Shown here piece after piece: positions 54,662 to 64,000 of a DNA stretch of 64,000 nucleotides. The notes under the pieces are model-generated. The model saw nothing but the letters and a program-made list of their open reading frames with translations. It made no database searches and had not been told where the DNA came from. The first letter of the stretch is position 1. Every line of letters starts with the position of its first letter. The stretch covers positions 38,965-102,964 of the forward strand of contig JAKBSJ010000002.1 of the NCBI GenBank assembly GCA_021844945.1. Direction: 5' to 3'. This DNA comes from Thermoplasmata archaeon. Its GTDB lineage: Archaea; Thermoplasmatota; Thermoplasmata; Lutacidiplasmatales; UBA184. Made by a program: the position numbers and the translations under genes.

Positions 54662-55402
54662 TTAACCCTGGCGCGCGTAGCGGCTCGGAATTTTCGTGCC
54701 GGCTCCCGGTCCGGGAGGCATCGGTCGGATCCGCTCGAGAAGGTGGCGTAGCCTCGCATACAAGTAGAGGGCGCCGACGAGGGCGATCACGGCCGCGACT
54801 GCCCCGACCAAGGGTCCGGCGAACACGTTGAACCCGACGAGGAAGAGACCCACGGCGAGGATCAATCCGCCCGAGACGGGCCCTCCGCCGGTCCGTCCGG
54901 CCGCGGGATCGGCCGGGAGCGAGAGCAGCGCGGACGTCACGAAGAGCCAGAGGATGGCCAGCGATTCGAGGCCCACCACCGCCGCGCTCTCGATGGTGAC
55001 CGAGCCCTGGAGGTACTGCGCCACGAGGCCCGTGATGAGGAGGCCCGCGAATCCGGCCCGAAGTCCGAGGGCGTAGAAGGGAAACGACGGGCCATGGCCC
55101 CAGTAGTGCGTCCGTTGGACCGCCCACTGGGCGGTCTCGGCGAGGATAACGACGACCACGAGGTAGACCAGCGTCGGGTACAGCGTTCCATAGGAGAAGT
55201 ACGTGAGATAGAACAGGAACGGTACGACCAGGACGATCCCGATGAACAGGCCGGCCGTGTACGCGAAGATCTCCCGGCGCTCGTCGAACCGGTTCTCAGC
55301 GACCGACGGCGTCGTGAAGTGGCCGAGCTCCCACATCACATAGACCGCGGTCAGGATGATCCCGACCCCGGCAGCGATCGTCAGGGCGAACGCGACGGCC
55401 AT
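54662..55402 (-). CDS. Polytopic membrane protein (hypothetical)
   Basis: 246 aa, about 7 TM helices. Starts 2 nt after the trmI stop. Confidence 0.6.
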   Translation of the reverse strand: MAVAFALTIAAGVGIILTAVYVMWELGHFTTPSVAENRFDERREIFAYTAGLFIGIVLVVPFLFYLTYFSYGTLYPTLVYLVVVVILAETAQWAVQRTHYWGHGPSFPFYALGLRAGFAGLLITGLVAQYLQGSVTIESAAVVGLESLAILWLFVTSALLSLPADPAAGRTGGGPVSGGLILAVGLFLVGFNVFAGPLVGAVAAVIALVGALYLYARLRHLLERIRPMPPGPGAGTKIPSRYARQG

Positions 55403-55404
55403 GG

Positions 55405-56256
55405 TCAGTCGACCCTCCGCCCCGCTGACAGGAATCCGGTGTGGCCCAGCATGTCGAAGCTCGGGCGCGTGCCGCCCTCACCCACGTGCAGCGCGCGCTC
55501 GATCACCTCCAGCGCCTGCACCTCATCGAGCCCGATCTCGCGCATTGCTCGGACCGTGCGCTCGAGCTGGTTATAGGTAGGGGTGTAGGCAACGATCCAC
55601 GCCCCGGTCCGTACCGCACGATGGGAAGGGGCGAGCGCCGCCCACGGTTCGGGAAGGTCGAGCACGATCGCGTCTAGATGCTCTTCGGGCCACCCGCTCT
55701 GTACCACATCGCCCTCCACCCAACGGACGCGGGGGCCCAGTCCGGCGCGTTCTACGTTCGCCTTCGCGAGCCGCATCGCTTCCGCACGGCGATCCACGGA
55801 GAGCACCATGCCCGAGGGCCCAACGGCGAACGCGAGGGCGATCGTCAAGGCTCCACTGCCCGACCCGGCCTCTCCGATCCGATCTCCCGGCGCGATCGAC
55901 GCGAGCGACAGGATCCGAGCCCCATCCTTCGGGGTGACGATCTGCGCTCCGCGCGTCATCGTCGCGAACAGGTCCGACAGGCTCGGGCGGAGCGCCCGGT
56001 ACTGCGTTCCCAGCCAGTCGATCGAGCCGCCCGGGGAAGAGCCCAGTAGGGAGGTCAGATCGATCAGTCCGGCGTCGCCCAGCCGGATCGGGCCGCGGTC
56101 GAGGCGCAAGAGAAGAGGTGGTTCCCCCGCCCGTTTGAGCACGAGCGCATCGCCCTCCCGCCATACGTCCTCGGACATCCGCGCCTCGAGGCGACGAACG
56201 GGCACTTCTATTAGACCCTCCTCGGCCAGCGACTCCTCGTCGCCACGGGCGAGCAT
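55405..56256 (-). CDS. trmI: tRNA (adenine-N1)-methyltransferase, TrmI/Trm61 family
   Basis: SAM motif GEAGSGSGALT and family blocks RGAQIVTPKD, LDLPEPW. The track start (56337) abuts tRNA-Gly. Start set at Met28 (56256), and Met54 (56178) is also possible. Confidence 0.7.
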   Translation of the reverse strand: MLARGDEESLAEEGLIEVPVRRLEARMSEDVWREGDALVLKRAGEPPLLLRLDRGPIRLGDAGLIDLTSLLGSSPGGSIDWLGTQYRALRPSLSDLFATMTRGAQIVTPKDGARILSLASIAPGDRIGEAGSGSGALTIALAFAVGPSGMVLSVDRRAEAMRLAKANVERAGLGPRVRWVEGDVVQSGWPEEHLDAIVLDLPEPWAALAPSHRAVRTGAWIVAYTPTYNQLERTVRAMREIGLDEVQALEVIERALHVGEGGTRPSFDMLGHTGFLSAGRRVD

Positions 56257-56353
56257 TCCCCCAGGGAATCTACGGCCGAAACGGGTCGCGGCAACGGGCC
56301 CGGGGTCCGGGCGAGAGGTCTTTTGTAGGAAGGCCACTCATCGCGTGCCCGCT

Positions 56354-56427
56354 GCGGGCATAGTGTAGTCTGGTTATCACATAGGCTTGCCAAGCCTATA
56401 ACTCGGGTTCAAATCCCGGTGCCCGCA
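56354..56427 (+). tRNA. tRNA-Gly (anticodon GCC)
   Basis: Hand-folded cloverleaf. Acceptor gcgggca/tgcccgc, anticodon stem taggc/gccta with loop ttGCCaa, T-arm cgggttcaaatcccg. No encoded CCA. Confidence 0.9.
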
Positions 56428-56738
56428 CTCGCCGGCGATTGGCCACGGACCCGACCGAAGGCTCCGTGTCGGACTGTTCGGATCAGGGAAGGAGTCTGCC
56501 TCGCTGATATATCCCAGCGGCGGCTGATCACTTCGATTTGCAGTATGCCCGCCGAAGTCACCGGACCCATCTTCTGCGCCCCAGACCCCAAGGAGACCTC
56601 CTTAGCGCTGCACGATAACTTGGCGAGCCGCGACCACGAAGTAGTGCGGCGCGGTCGACCTTCGAACTCCGTAGGAGACCCCTCGCCACTTCGTTCGGAG
56701 CGACCGCTGGAATAGGCATCGGAGGGAGTGCTCGACGT

Positions 56739-57158
56739 ATGCATCGGGGCATCGAAGTCGGGATCTATCTGCGTCCGGGACTCGCCGACGACAACTTCAT
56801 CGCCGAGTCTCTCGGCAACCTCGCCGCCTTCCGCCTCGCCGCCCAACGCCAGGAACACCTCAGCTGGCAGGTGCTCCGGGTCCAGGGCTCGGGCTCGCAG
56901 CATCACTTTCGGATCGTGCTGCGGCATCCCGATCGGATCCTGGATCTGGGGTTCAAGTCCGACCTCGAGAAGGTCCTCGAAGAGCTCTCCCACGAGTCCG
57001 TCGACGAGCTGCGCCATCGACGGGAGAGTGCCGTGCGGGACGGGCTTCGCATCGTTCCGCTGCGCCGTGTCCAGGAAGAGGTCGACTTCTGGCAGGACAA
57101 TTTCTGGACCGCCATCGGGGGTCCCTCGGGCATCGCTCCGCCGGGTTCGTTCCCCTGA
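56739..57158 (+). CDS. Hypothetical protein (139 aa)
   Basis: Third-position G+C is about 80% by hand count, higher than the overlapping minus-strand frame. Preceded by ggaggg. No recognisable motif. Confidence 0.35.
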   Translation: MHRGIEVGIYLRPGLADDNFIAESLGNLAAFRLAAQRQEHLSWQVLRVQGSGSQHHFRIVLRHPDRILDLGFKSDLEKVLEELSHESVDELRHRRESAVRDGLRIVPLRRVQEEVDFWQDNFWTAIGGPSGIAPPGSFP

Positions 57159-57703
57159 CGGGGAGCGAGTCAGGGAATGCCGGCCGAGCCCAATCTCCTT
57201 CGTGCCTCCGTAGATCTCGATCCGGTCGCCGGGGCTCGCCTTCGTCCCCGACGACGTCGCTCCGCCGAAGGGTTCTCCTCCGGCCGATAGCGGCCCGGAT
57301 CGGCCAACGCCACCGCCGAGGAGCGTCCCTCGGCCAACGCTGTCCGTGCCTGGGTCACGGCCCCACCTCTCTCCCGGCGGGAGGGTACCGGCGCGGACCG
57401 GATCGCGCGACGATGTCGGAACGGACCTACGTCCCCCTGCACGACCGGGGCGAAGAAGAGAGCGCCCGACCGGGAAGCTAGGCCGACAGCGAGATAGGGA
57501 CGAGGCCAGCCCCCGATGCGACTCCCGGGTAGCGGGCCCGAGCACCCAAGAGACGCTCGGATCGGGGTACCCTCGCCGAAGGATGCTCCGTCGGAGTCGA
57601 TCCTCACGTGGATCCCTGGCGAGGAGGAGATGGGATGCGGTTCCCAGGAAACCCGGATACCAAATTCCTCGGGAGGCTTGGCACACGGCTGTCCGGGAGC
57701 GCG

Positions 57704-58981
57704 CTACCCGACGAGCAGCCAGACGGCGCTCGCGGCGGCAAGGCCGAGGGCCATGGCCGGTAGCGCGGCTCGAAGATACGCGCTCCAACCGATCTTCACT
57801 CCACCCCTACCGGCCGCGGCGAGCGCGGTCACGTTCGAGATCGAGCCGATCGGGGTCCCGTTACCGCCGACGCCCATGCCGATCACGGCCGAGTAGGCGA
57901 GCGGAGAGGTCGACACGCCGCTCGCGGTCCCCAGGCTCCGAAGAAGAGGGACGGTGATCGCGGCCAGCGGGAGGTTGTCCACGAACGCGGAGGCGAATCC
58001 GAGCGTCCACAGGAGGAGGAGGCCAAGCTCGTAGGGGTTCGAGATCCCCGCGCTCTCAAGACCGGAAGCGAATTGACCGATGACCCCGGTCTCCACGAGC
58101 GCTCCGACCAGGACGAACAGAAAGAGGAGGAAAAGCACCGTGGACCAGTCGAAGTCCCGGAGCAGGCCCCTCGCGAACCGTCCGCCGGCGATCGCGAGGC
58201 CGAGCGCTCCGGCCGCGATACCGATCGTCCAGAGAGGGATCCCGAGGGCGGTCGCATCAACGAGTGTGCCGACGATGGCCACGAGCCCGGCGAGCGCGAC
58301 CGCAGCGTACGCACGGTCGAGGTGAGGCGCCGGCGTGAAAGGGAGCGCCCCTTCAGCGGACTTCTTCGGGATCCGACCCAAGAACCAAGCGACGCTCACC
58401 CCGAACGCCGCCAGCGCCGGGAGCGCCGCGTGCTCCAGGAATCCCGCGAACGGAAGGGAGAACGCCGAGCCCAGGACGAGGTTCGGGGCGCTCCCGATGA
58501 GCGTGGCGGTGCCCCCGAGGTTCGCGCTCATGATCTCGACGAACAGGAACGGCAGGGGATTCAGACGCAGCTCCCGCGCGGCCTCCAGCGAGACCGGCAC
58601 GAGGATCAGGACGACCGCGAGCGAGTTGAGCACCATCGAGAGGCCGAAGGCGAGCCCCGCGAGGGCGAGGTACACGGCGACCGGGCTTCCCCGCAGCTGG
58701 GCGATAAGGCGGAGCGCGGCCCAGCGAGGGAGGCCGATGGCCCCGATCAATGCCGCGTAGATGAGAAGACCCGCGAGGAGCGCGATCGCGTTCCATTCGA
58801 TCAGCGAACCGTTCGCGGCGAGTCCACTCGGGATGAGTTCCGACGGAGTGACCCACCCGATCGCGACCGACGCCGCGGCGGCCACGCCGACCGTGAGCAG
58901 TCGATAGCGCTCGAACAGCGCCACGAGGAGGATCGCGGCCGCGAAGACGGCGAGCGCGGCCGCCGCCGAGAGGGTCCACAT
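57704..58981 (-). CDS. ArsB/NhaD-superfamily anion/ion permease
   Basis: 425 aa, 10-12 TM, with internal duplicated halves and SANLGGTATLIGSAPNL / GGNGTPIGS loops typical of the superfamily. Confidence 0.65.
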   Translation of the reverse strand: MWTLSAAAALAVFAAAILLVALFERYRLLTVGVAAAASVAIGWVTPSELIPSGLAANGSLIEWNAIALLAGLLIYAALIGAIGLPRWAALRLIAQLRGSPVAVYLALAGLAFGLSMVLNSLAVVLILVPVSLEAARELRLNPLPFLFVEIMSANLGGTATLIGSAPNLVLGSAFSLPFAGFLEHAALPALAAFGVSVAWFLGRIPKKSAEGALPFTPAPHLDRAYAAVALAGLVAIVGTLVDATALGIPLWTIGIAAGALGLAIAGGRFARGLLRDFDWSTVLFLLFLFVLVGALVETGVIGQFASGLESAGISNPYELGLLLLWTLGFASAFVDNLPLAAITVPLLRSLGTASGVSTSPLAYSAVIGMGVGGNGTPIGSISNVTALAAAGRGGVKIGWSAYLRAALPAMALGLAAASAVWLLVG

Positions 58982-58990
58982 CGGGGGCCC

Positions 58991-60046
58991 TTAGCGCCCG
59001 GGCGGAACCCCCATCCATCGTTGGAACTTGCGCAAGTTCTCCTGGGAACCCATCACCAGGATCTGGTCGCCGGGCCGGAACGCGAACGACGAAGGCGGGT
59101 TCAGGATCGTATGAAACTCCCCGCCCTGATCTCGTCGCGCATAGCCAACCACAAGACAATCGGAGGCGGCCCGCGTGAGCCGCTCCGCCTCGCTCAGCGA
59201 CTCGGAGGAAATCGGTGTGTTCTCGCTCAAGGGGAATTCGGCGATGTCGACGCCGTAGCTCGCGGTCGTCAGGTTCTCGAAGGCGTTCGCGACGTCGGGC
59301 TTGAGCGACGCGTTCGCGAGCAGGCGGCCGCCCATCTCGGCCGGGCTCGTGACGTACGTGACGCCGGCCAAGAGCAGGGTCTTCTTGAGTTCCGAGCGGC
59401 TCACGGATACGACCAGTCGGGCGTTGGGCGCGGCGGTGCGAACGGCGAGCGCGATGACGAGGTTCGAGGTGTCGTCGGCCGTGCATACGATGACGGCGCT
59501 CGCGGTCGCGACCGACACGCGGTCGAGTACCTCGCGCTCCCCGCTCGTGAAGTAGGTGACGAATAGGCGGTCCTCGCCGGCCAGCGATCGTATGTTCGGC
59601 ACTTCGTTCGCGTCGTTCGTAACGACGGCGATCCGCTGGCCCGTCGCGAGGAGCTCACGCACGGCCGTGCGGCCGGTCGACCCGTACCCGATGACGACCG
59701 TGTGGCCCTTGAAATCGGTACCCAGTATCCCCATGGAACGGTTGCGGGAGGTCTCCGTCACTACGCTGATGATGATAGAGATTAGGTAGGCGACCAAGAA
59801 GACCGCGATCAGGATGACGGCAATCGTGAACGCGCGGGTGTAGGTCGTCGTCGGGTAGACGTCCCCGTACCCGACGGTGGATATCGTGATGACCGCCCAA
59901 TAGAACGATGTGAACGCATCGTGACCGTCGTACTCGAGGTAGTTGAAACCTGCCGCGGCCGCAACGAGCAGACTCGCATAGGCCAGCAGGAACTTCCAGA
60001 GCCGGCGCAGGAGCAGTCGATAGTAGTCGAGAGACGGGTGCGCCAC
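58991..60046 (-). CDS. Potassium channel with RCK (TrkA-N/TrkA-C) gating domain
   Basis: Selectivity filter TVGYGD after two TM helices. Rossmann motif VVIGYGSTGRTAV. Confidence 0.8.
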   Translation of the reverse strand: MAHPSLDYYRLLLRRLWKFLLAYASLLVAAAAGFNYLEYDGHDAFTSFYWAVITISTVGYGDVYPTTTYTRAFTIAVILIAVFLVAYLISIIISVVTETSRNRSMGILGTDFKGHTVVIGYGSTGRTAVRELLATGQRIAVVTNDANEVPNIRSLAGEDRLFVTYFTSGEREVLDRVSVATASAVIVCTADDTSNLVIALAVRTAAPNARLVVSVSRSELKKTLLLAGVTYVTSPAEMGGRLLANASLKPDVANAFENLTTASYGVDIAEFPLSENTPISSESLSEAERLTRAASDCLVVGYARRDQGGEFHTILNPPSSFAFRPGDQILVMGSQENLRKFQRWMGVPPGR

Positions 60047-60158
60047 GCCGACCGAACTCCTTCCAGGTCTAATTCGGTGCCGGTGCCCGCGAACGAACGG
60101 TCCGGCGGGCGCCGGGGCGGGGCGACGGGCGCCGACGCACGCGGACGTCCAAGCAAAC

Positions 60159-60168
60159 CGTAAATACC
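60159..60168 (+). promoter_or_regulatory. TATA-like box for rpoK
   Basis: cgtaaatacc lies 25 nt upstream of ATG 60193. Confidence 0.4.
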
Positions 60169-60192
60169 CTCCCCCGGGTGGGCGACTCTCTT

Positions 60193-60444
60193 ATGGCCGC
60201 GAGCTTGCGCGGCCCCGAGGAGTTGGCCGTGCCGTCGCTCACCAACAGCCAACCCAAGGGACCGGTACAATTCACCCGCTTCGAACGGGCTCGGATACTC
60301 GGTGCCCGTGCGCTGCAGATCTCCTTGGGAGCCCCCATCTTGACCGACGTCCCCGCGGAGCTCATCGATCCCGTGGAGATTGCCGAGCACGAGTTCGACG
60401 CCGGCGTGATCCCGATCGCGGTGCGCCGCGTCCGCAACGAGTGA
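60193..60444 (+). CDS. rpoK: DNA-directed RNA polymerase subunit K (Rpo6)
   Basis: Conserved [22 protein letters not shown] core. Start set at ATG 60193. Confidence 0.8.
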   Translation: MAASLRGPEELAVPSLTNSQPKGPVQFTRFERARILGARALQISLGAPILTDVPAELIDPVEIAEHEFDAGVIPIAVRRVRNE

Positions 60445-60450
60445 ACCGGG

Positions 60451-61245
60451 TCATACTCCGGCGCTGTCGAGCGCGTGGGCGCACTGGCATGTCGGACGGT
60501 GCGCGAGCGCCGGTATCAGGCTCGAAAGGAGCTTCTGCATCCGCTCGACGTTGTTCGCCATGACTTTGAGCATCTCTGCGAGCTCGACCGGGCGATCGGC
60601 CCACACGTCGAAATCGGTGACCATCGCGAGGCACGCATAGCAGATTCCCCGCTCCCGAGCGAGCGTGACCTCGGGAACCAGGGTCATCCCGATGATGTCG
60701 GCGAATCCTCGGAAGAACTTCGACTCCGCGCGGGTAGAGAATCGCGGCCCCTCGACACACACGTACGTCCGTTTCTCCGCGAACGGGATCCCGAGCTGAG
60801 CCCCCGTGGCCTTCGCCGCTGAAAGGAGGTCGGGGCAGAACGGATCGGCGAGACTGACGTGCATCACGCGCCCTCCGTCATAGAAGGTTGTGGGCCGACG
60901 CTTCGTGAAATCCACGAACTGGTCGGGAAGCACGAACGTCCCGGGAGACAGGTCCTCGCGCAACGATCCGACCGAGCTTACGGTCACGATCGCCTGCGCT
61001 CCGAGATCGATCAGCGCGTCGACGTTGGCGCGGTAGTTCACCATGTGAGGCGGGATCGTGTGGCCCGGCCCATGACGCGGCAGAAAGAGCACTCGGACGC
61101 CCCCGACCGTACCCTCCTCGATCGGTCCGGAAGGGGGACCCCACGGCGTGCCGACCCGGTGGCGAACGGTCGCCCCCTTCTCGAAGATGCCGGTGACCCC
61201 CGAGCCCCCAATCACCGCGATCGTGGTCCGGGCCGCGTCGTTCAT
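60451..61245 (-). CDS. mtnP: S-methyl-5'-thioadenosine phosphorylase
   Basis: MTAP blocks IGGSGV, FLPRHGPGHTIPPHMVNYRAN, IGMTLVPE. Confidence 0.8.
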   Translation of the reverse strand: MNDAARTTIAVIGGSGVTGIFEKGATVRHRVGTPWGPPSGPIEEGTVGGVRVLFLPRHGPGHTIPPHMVNYRANVDALIDLGAQAIVTVSSVGSLREDLSPGTFVLPDQFVDFTKRRPTTFYDGGRVMHVSLADPFCPDLLSAAKATGAQLGIPFAEKRTYVCVEGPRFSTRAESKFFRGFADIIGMTLVPEVTLARERGICYACLAMVTDFDVWADRPVELAEMLKVMANNVERMQKLLSSLIPALAHRPTCQCAHALDSAGV

Positions 61246-61901
61246 GGCTCCTCCGCAACGGAGGGGGGCGATGCACCGCGGTAGCGGGCGTGCACCCGCG
61301 CGAGGACGACCTCGCCCCGGGTCCGTTCGAGCAGCGAGCGGGCGGTATCCTGCTTCGGCTTCAGCGGCACGATCGCCCGCGTGGTGTCGAACCGCATTAG
61401 AGTTTGGTACAGATGTTCCATCAATCGTACCGACGCCTCGGCCGACTCGAGATCGTCCGAGGCCAGTTGCAGCAGCGCGCGCCGGCGGACCTCTCCTACG
61501 ACGTCTCCGAGACCGAGGAGGTAGGGTTCGGGGTCCACCCCCAGGTCCGCCGGCGACGGAAGCGCCCGGCCGCGATCGATCGCCACGAGCAGGAGCGCTT
61601 CCACCGCTTCCTGGATTGCGTCGCGGGCGAGGCTAGCCTCCGAGCCCCACGTCGCCCGGGTCGCGCGGACGAGCGCGCGCAGGTTCCGTCCGAGGCGCCG
61701 CGCGGCTCGTTCGGCCGGCTTTCCCTCGTGCAAGAGGATCATCACCCCCTGCGCGGCCCGGCGCAGGTTGCGCGCGTCGGTGTGGATTCGCTCCCGTCGC
61801 GCCTCGCGTTCGGAGAGGTGGGTCTCGATCGCGCGGACGGTGGCGTCCGGGATCCCGGGAGACTGGCCGGTCCTACCGGTAGAGCGTGAACCTCGAGTCA
61901 T
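61242..61901 (-). CDS. Translin-family-like protein (COG2178-like)
   Basis: Helical protein with a YLLGLGDVVGEVRR block that I recall from archaeal translin-like proteins. ATGA overlap with the MTAP gene. Confidence 0.5.
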   Translation of the reverse strand: MTRGSRSTGRTGQSPGIPDATVRAIETHLSEREARRERIHTDARNLRRAAQGVMILLHEGKPAERAARRLGRNLRALVRATRATWGSEASLARDAIQEAVEALLLVAIDRGRALPSPADLGVDPEPYLLGLGDVVGEVRRRALLQLASDDLESAEASVRLMEHLYQTLMRFDTTRAIVPLKPKQDTARSLLERTRGEVVLARVHARYRGASPPSVAEEP

Positions 61902-62157
61902 CGTCGCCTCCGTCCAGCAGGCCGAGCCGAACTCCCGCGTCGATCCATCCGTGCGCGTAGCTCACGGCGGCGAGCGCGCGCTCCCGATCCCCCGAACGCT
62001 CGAAGTGCTCGGCGTCGGCGAGGTAGGCGCGCGCCATCTGCAGGACATCGTCGGCCGCCGTCGCGAGGAACGAGCGCGACGGAGGAGCGGGTCCCACACG
62101 GGCGAGCGCCTCGCGGGTCACGCGCAGATACTTGCTCAACAGATCCGGGTCGCTCAC
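61873..62157 (-). CDS. DUF357 family protein
   Basis: 94 aa. YLADAEHFERSGDRERALAAVSYAHGWIDAGVRLGLL matches my recollection of DUF357. Confidence 0.55.
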   Translation of the reverse strand: MSDPDLLSKYLRVTREALARVGPAPPSRSFLATAADDVLQMARAYLADAEHFERSGDRERALAAVSYAHGWIDAGVRLGLLDGGDDDSRFTLYR

Positions 62158-62203
62158 GCCGAAGGGGTCAGTGCGGCCGAGCCGATAACCCCCGCGCCGC
62201 GGC

Positions 62204-62851
62204 TCAGCCCTTCGGGACCTTTTCCCAGTCTTTCAGGAACCGAGCGAGACCGAGGTCGGTCAACGGGTGCTGGACGAGCTTCTCCATCACCGCATATGGC
62301 ATGGTAGCGATGTGGGCTCCGAGCTTTGCCGCCTCGAGCACGTGGACCGGATGCCGCACGCTGGCCACGAGGATCTCGGTCGAGAAGCGGTAGTTCGAGT
62401 AGATCGCGACGATGTCCCGGATGAGCTCCATGCCCACCTCCCCCTGATCGTCCAGGCGTCCGATGAACGGGCTCACGTAGGCGGCGCCGACCTTGGCAGC
62501 GAGGAGCGCCTGGTTGGCGCTGAAGACGAGCGTCATGTTGACCCGGGTCCCTTCGCTCGCGAGGGTCTTCGTCGCTTGGAGCCCGGCGGCCGTCATCGGG
62601 ACCTTGACGTAGATCGAAGGATGCAGGCCGCGCAGGTGCCGCCCCTCGCGGAGCATTCCTTCGACGTCGGTCGCGACGACCTCGGCCGATACGCTCGGCA
62701 CGCCGAGCGCGCAGATCTCGCGCAGGACCTCTTCGAACTTGCGGCCTTCCTTCGCGACGAGGGTCGGGTTCGTCGTGACCCCGTCCAAGATCCCGATTTC
62801 CCACATCGTGCGGATCTCCTTCACGCTCGCGGTGTCGAGGAACAGCTTCAT
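62204..62851 (-). CDS. Fructose-6-phosphate aldolase / short transaldolase (class I, TalC/Fsa type)
   Basis: Only the last 215 codons of the 547-aa track ORF are kept. MKLFLDTAS...[10 protein letters not shown] and the Schiff-base Lys context YVKVP. Confidence 0.85.
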   Translation of the reverse strand: MKLFLDTASVKEIRTMWEIGILDGVTTNPTLVAKEGRKFEEVLREICALGVPSVSAEVVATDVEGMLREGRHLRGLHPSIYVKVPMTAAGLQATKTLASEGTRVNMTLVFSANQALLAAKVGAAYVSPFIGRLDDQGEVGMELIRDIVAIYSNYRFSTEILVASVRHPVHVLEAAKLGAHIATMPYAVMEKLVQHPLTDLGLARFLKDWEKVPKG

Positions 62852-62877
62852 GGCATCCGCGACCGAACGCAGACCCC

Positions 62878-63840
62878 CTACTGAACCTTGCCCCGTAGCT
62901 CGAGGAGTTCCCACGCCTCGTCCATGATACGGGATGTCGAGAGTCCGAGGCGGTCGAGGATCGCCTCGGTCTCGCCGCTCTCGGCAAAGACGTCCGGGAC
63001 GCCTACCCGGCGCACCGGGACCGGGTAGTTCTCGCTCGTCGTAGCGGCGACGAGCGCTCCGATCCCCGTTTCGACGGTGTGCTCCTCGAGCACTAGGATT
63101 GCGCCGGTGTCCCGCGCCGCTCGCACGATCCCCGCGATGTCCACCGGCTTGACCGAAGCGAGGTCGAGGACGCGGACGGAGATCCCTACACGCCCGAGTT
63201 CGTCCGCGACGGCCACCGCGCGGGCCAGTAGGGTGCCGATCGCGATGATCGTGAGGTCCGAGCCGCCGCGGAGTTCGTTCGCTCGGCCGAGGGCGAACGT
63301 CCCATCGCTGACCGTGGGAAGGTCCTCGCGCGCGAGGCGGACATAGGCCGGTCCGTGGAATCCTGCGACCGCGCGGACCACGGAGCGCGTGGTGGGCGCG
63401 TCCCCCGGCACGATCACCGTCATACCGGGGAGGCCCCGCATGAGGCCGAGGTCTTCCATCATGAGGGGGGTCCCTCCGTCCGCATCGACGTCGGGCGGGC
63501 CGTGGGTAGCGACGATCTTCACGTTCGCTCGGACCGGGCATATCGATCGACGGACCGGGTCGTAAGCGGGGCCGGCCGCAAGGACGGCGTACGTGTTCGC
63601 GAAAACGGTGCGGTTGGAGAGGGAAAGTTCGGCGGCCCTCGCCATCATTATCGGACCCGTCGGGTCCACGACGAAGGCTCGGTCGGGAAATCGCGCGCCA
63701 AACGCTCGCGTGTAGGCGAACCCCGCGGGACCCGCATCCAGCACGACGAGGTTCGCGTCCGCTTCCCCAAGGCTCACGAGCGTCTCGCCGTACGCGTCGC
63801 GCAGGCTCTCTTTCCTCGGCGCGGGGGCGATATCGGCCAT
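62878..63840 (-). CDS. Transketolase C-terminal-subunit-like protein with degenerate catalytic motifs
   Basis: Overall collinearity with split-transketolase C subunits ([38 protein letters not shown]). However, the GIAEQ and HQ positions read DPTGP and TPL. Confidence 0.65.
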   Translation of the reverse strand: MADIAPAPRKESLRDAYGETLVSLGEADANLVVLDAGPAGFAYTRAFGARFPDRAFVVDPTGPIMMARAAELSLSNRTVFANTYAVLAAGPAYDPVRRSICPVRANVKIVATHGPPDVDADGGTPLMMEDLGLMRGLPGMTVIVPGDAPTTRSVVRAVAGFHGPAYVRLAREDLPTVSDGTFALGRANELRGGSDLTIIAIGTLLARAVAVADELGRVGISVRVLDLASVKPVDIAGIVRAARDTGAILVLEEHTVETGIGALVAATTSENYPVPVRRVGVPDVFAESGETEAILDRLGLSTSRIMDEAWELLELRGKVQ

Positions 63841-64000
63841 GACGCACCCCTAGGCCAGCCCCTCCGACGGTGAGGTCGCACGCTCGGTCCCGCCGGCGTC
63901 CGCGGCCGTCGTAAGGCCCACGAAAGTGCCCTCCATCGACGAAACGCCCCTCGACGCGTTCCGATGGCGCCGTGGTCTATTTGATGGTTGAGGCGCGTCG

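Noticed and set aside
56409-57788. 459-aa minus-strand ORF.
   Set aside because: It runs through the tRNA-Gly gene and the end of the ArsB-like gene. Most of it is Arg/Gly/Pro/Ser-rich, and the plus-strand 139-aa ORF inside it has better codon bias.
62852-63847. N-terminal 330 aa or so of the 547-aa track ORF 62204-63847.
   Set aside because: It is an alternative frame of the transketolase-C-like gene. Only the last 215 codons (the Fsa/TalC-type aldolase) are real.
63850-63999. Possible 3' end of a transketolase N-terminal subunit gene upstream of the C-subunit-like gene.
   Set aside because: The frame ending at TAG 63850-63852 gives only ...[32 protein letters not shown]. It has poor resemblance to N-subunit C-termini, and the frame passes through an AT-rich, promoter-like patch. 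It is treated as non-coding or an upstream ORF.
1-64000. Search by eye for CRISPR arrays, transposases, integrases, rRNA genes and long direct or inverted repeats.
   Set aside because: I recognised none. No regularly spaced repeats and no DDE or tyrosine-recombinase-like ORFs were seen. A computational repeat search is still needed to exclude dispersed repeats I cannot detect visually.

Overview
GC-rich archaeal chromosomal window (roughly two-thirds G+C by eye), densely coding on both strands, with about 70 genes. Archaeal hallmarks include a complete LysW-carrier arginine/lysine operon (argG-argH-lysW-lysX-lysY-lysZ-lysJ-lysK), ferredoxin plus geranylgeranyl reductase, RpoK, L40e, deoxyhypusine synthase, Pcc1, archease and a presenilin-like protease. 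The proteins are not acid-shifted, so this is probably not a haloarchaeon. It may be an uncultured Thermoplasmatota-like lineage, but that is only a guess. Most content is core metabolism and information processing: thrC, fhs, a metF-like gene, serA plus a class V aminotransferase, ileS, trxB, MTAP, fsa/tal, trmI, and tRNA-Lys(CUU) and tRNA-Gly(GCC). There are also several transporters: an MFS phosphate transporter, two ABC-2 exporters, an APC permease, an ArsB/NhaD permease and an RCK K+ channel. I saw no rRNA, CRISPR array, transposase or integrase. Three real genes shorter than 60 aa are absent from the ORF track: lysW, rpl40e and a C2H2 zinc-finger protein. Many of the longest track ORFs are Arg/Pro/Gly-rich shadow frames of real genes, which is typical of high-GC DNA. 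Start codons often sit about 22-27 nt downstream of AT-rich TATA-like boxes, suggesting leaderless mRNAs. I cannot demonstrate a novel system. The best candidates for follow-up are: (1) a Csa3/HFX_2341-like regulator with a palindrome and a structured leader upstream of an ABC-2 exporter and flavin reductase. (2) A 28-bp inverted repeat between argG and a divergent HTH-ACT gene. (3) A translationally coupled four-gene membrane/DUF58/DUF4129 operon followed by MoxR. (4) An orphan transketolase C-terminal-like protein with degenerate active-site motifs. (5) Three ORF-poor, hairpin-rich segments at 8.5-9.1 kb, 9.7-10.2 kb and 56.4-57.7 kb (the last next to tRNA-Gly). (6) A frameshifted SDR gene and a 380-bp 3' overlap between ileS and AMMECR1.
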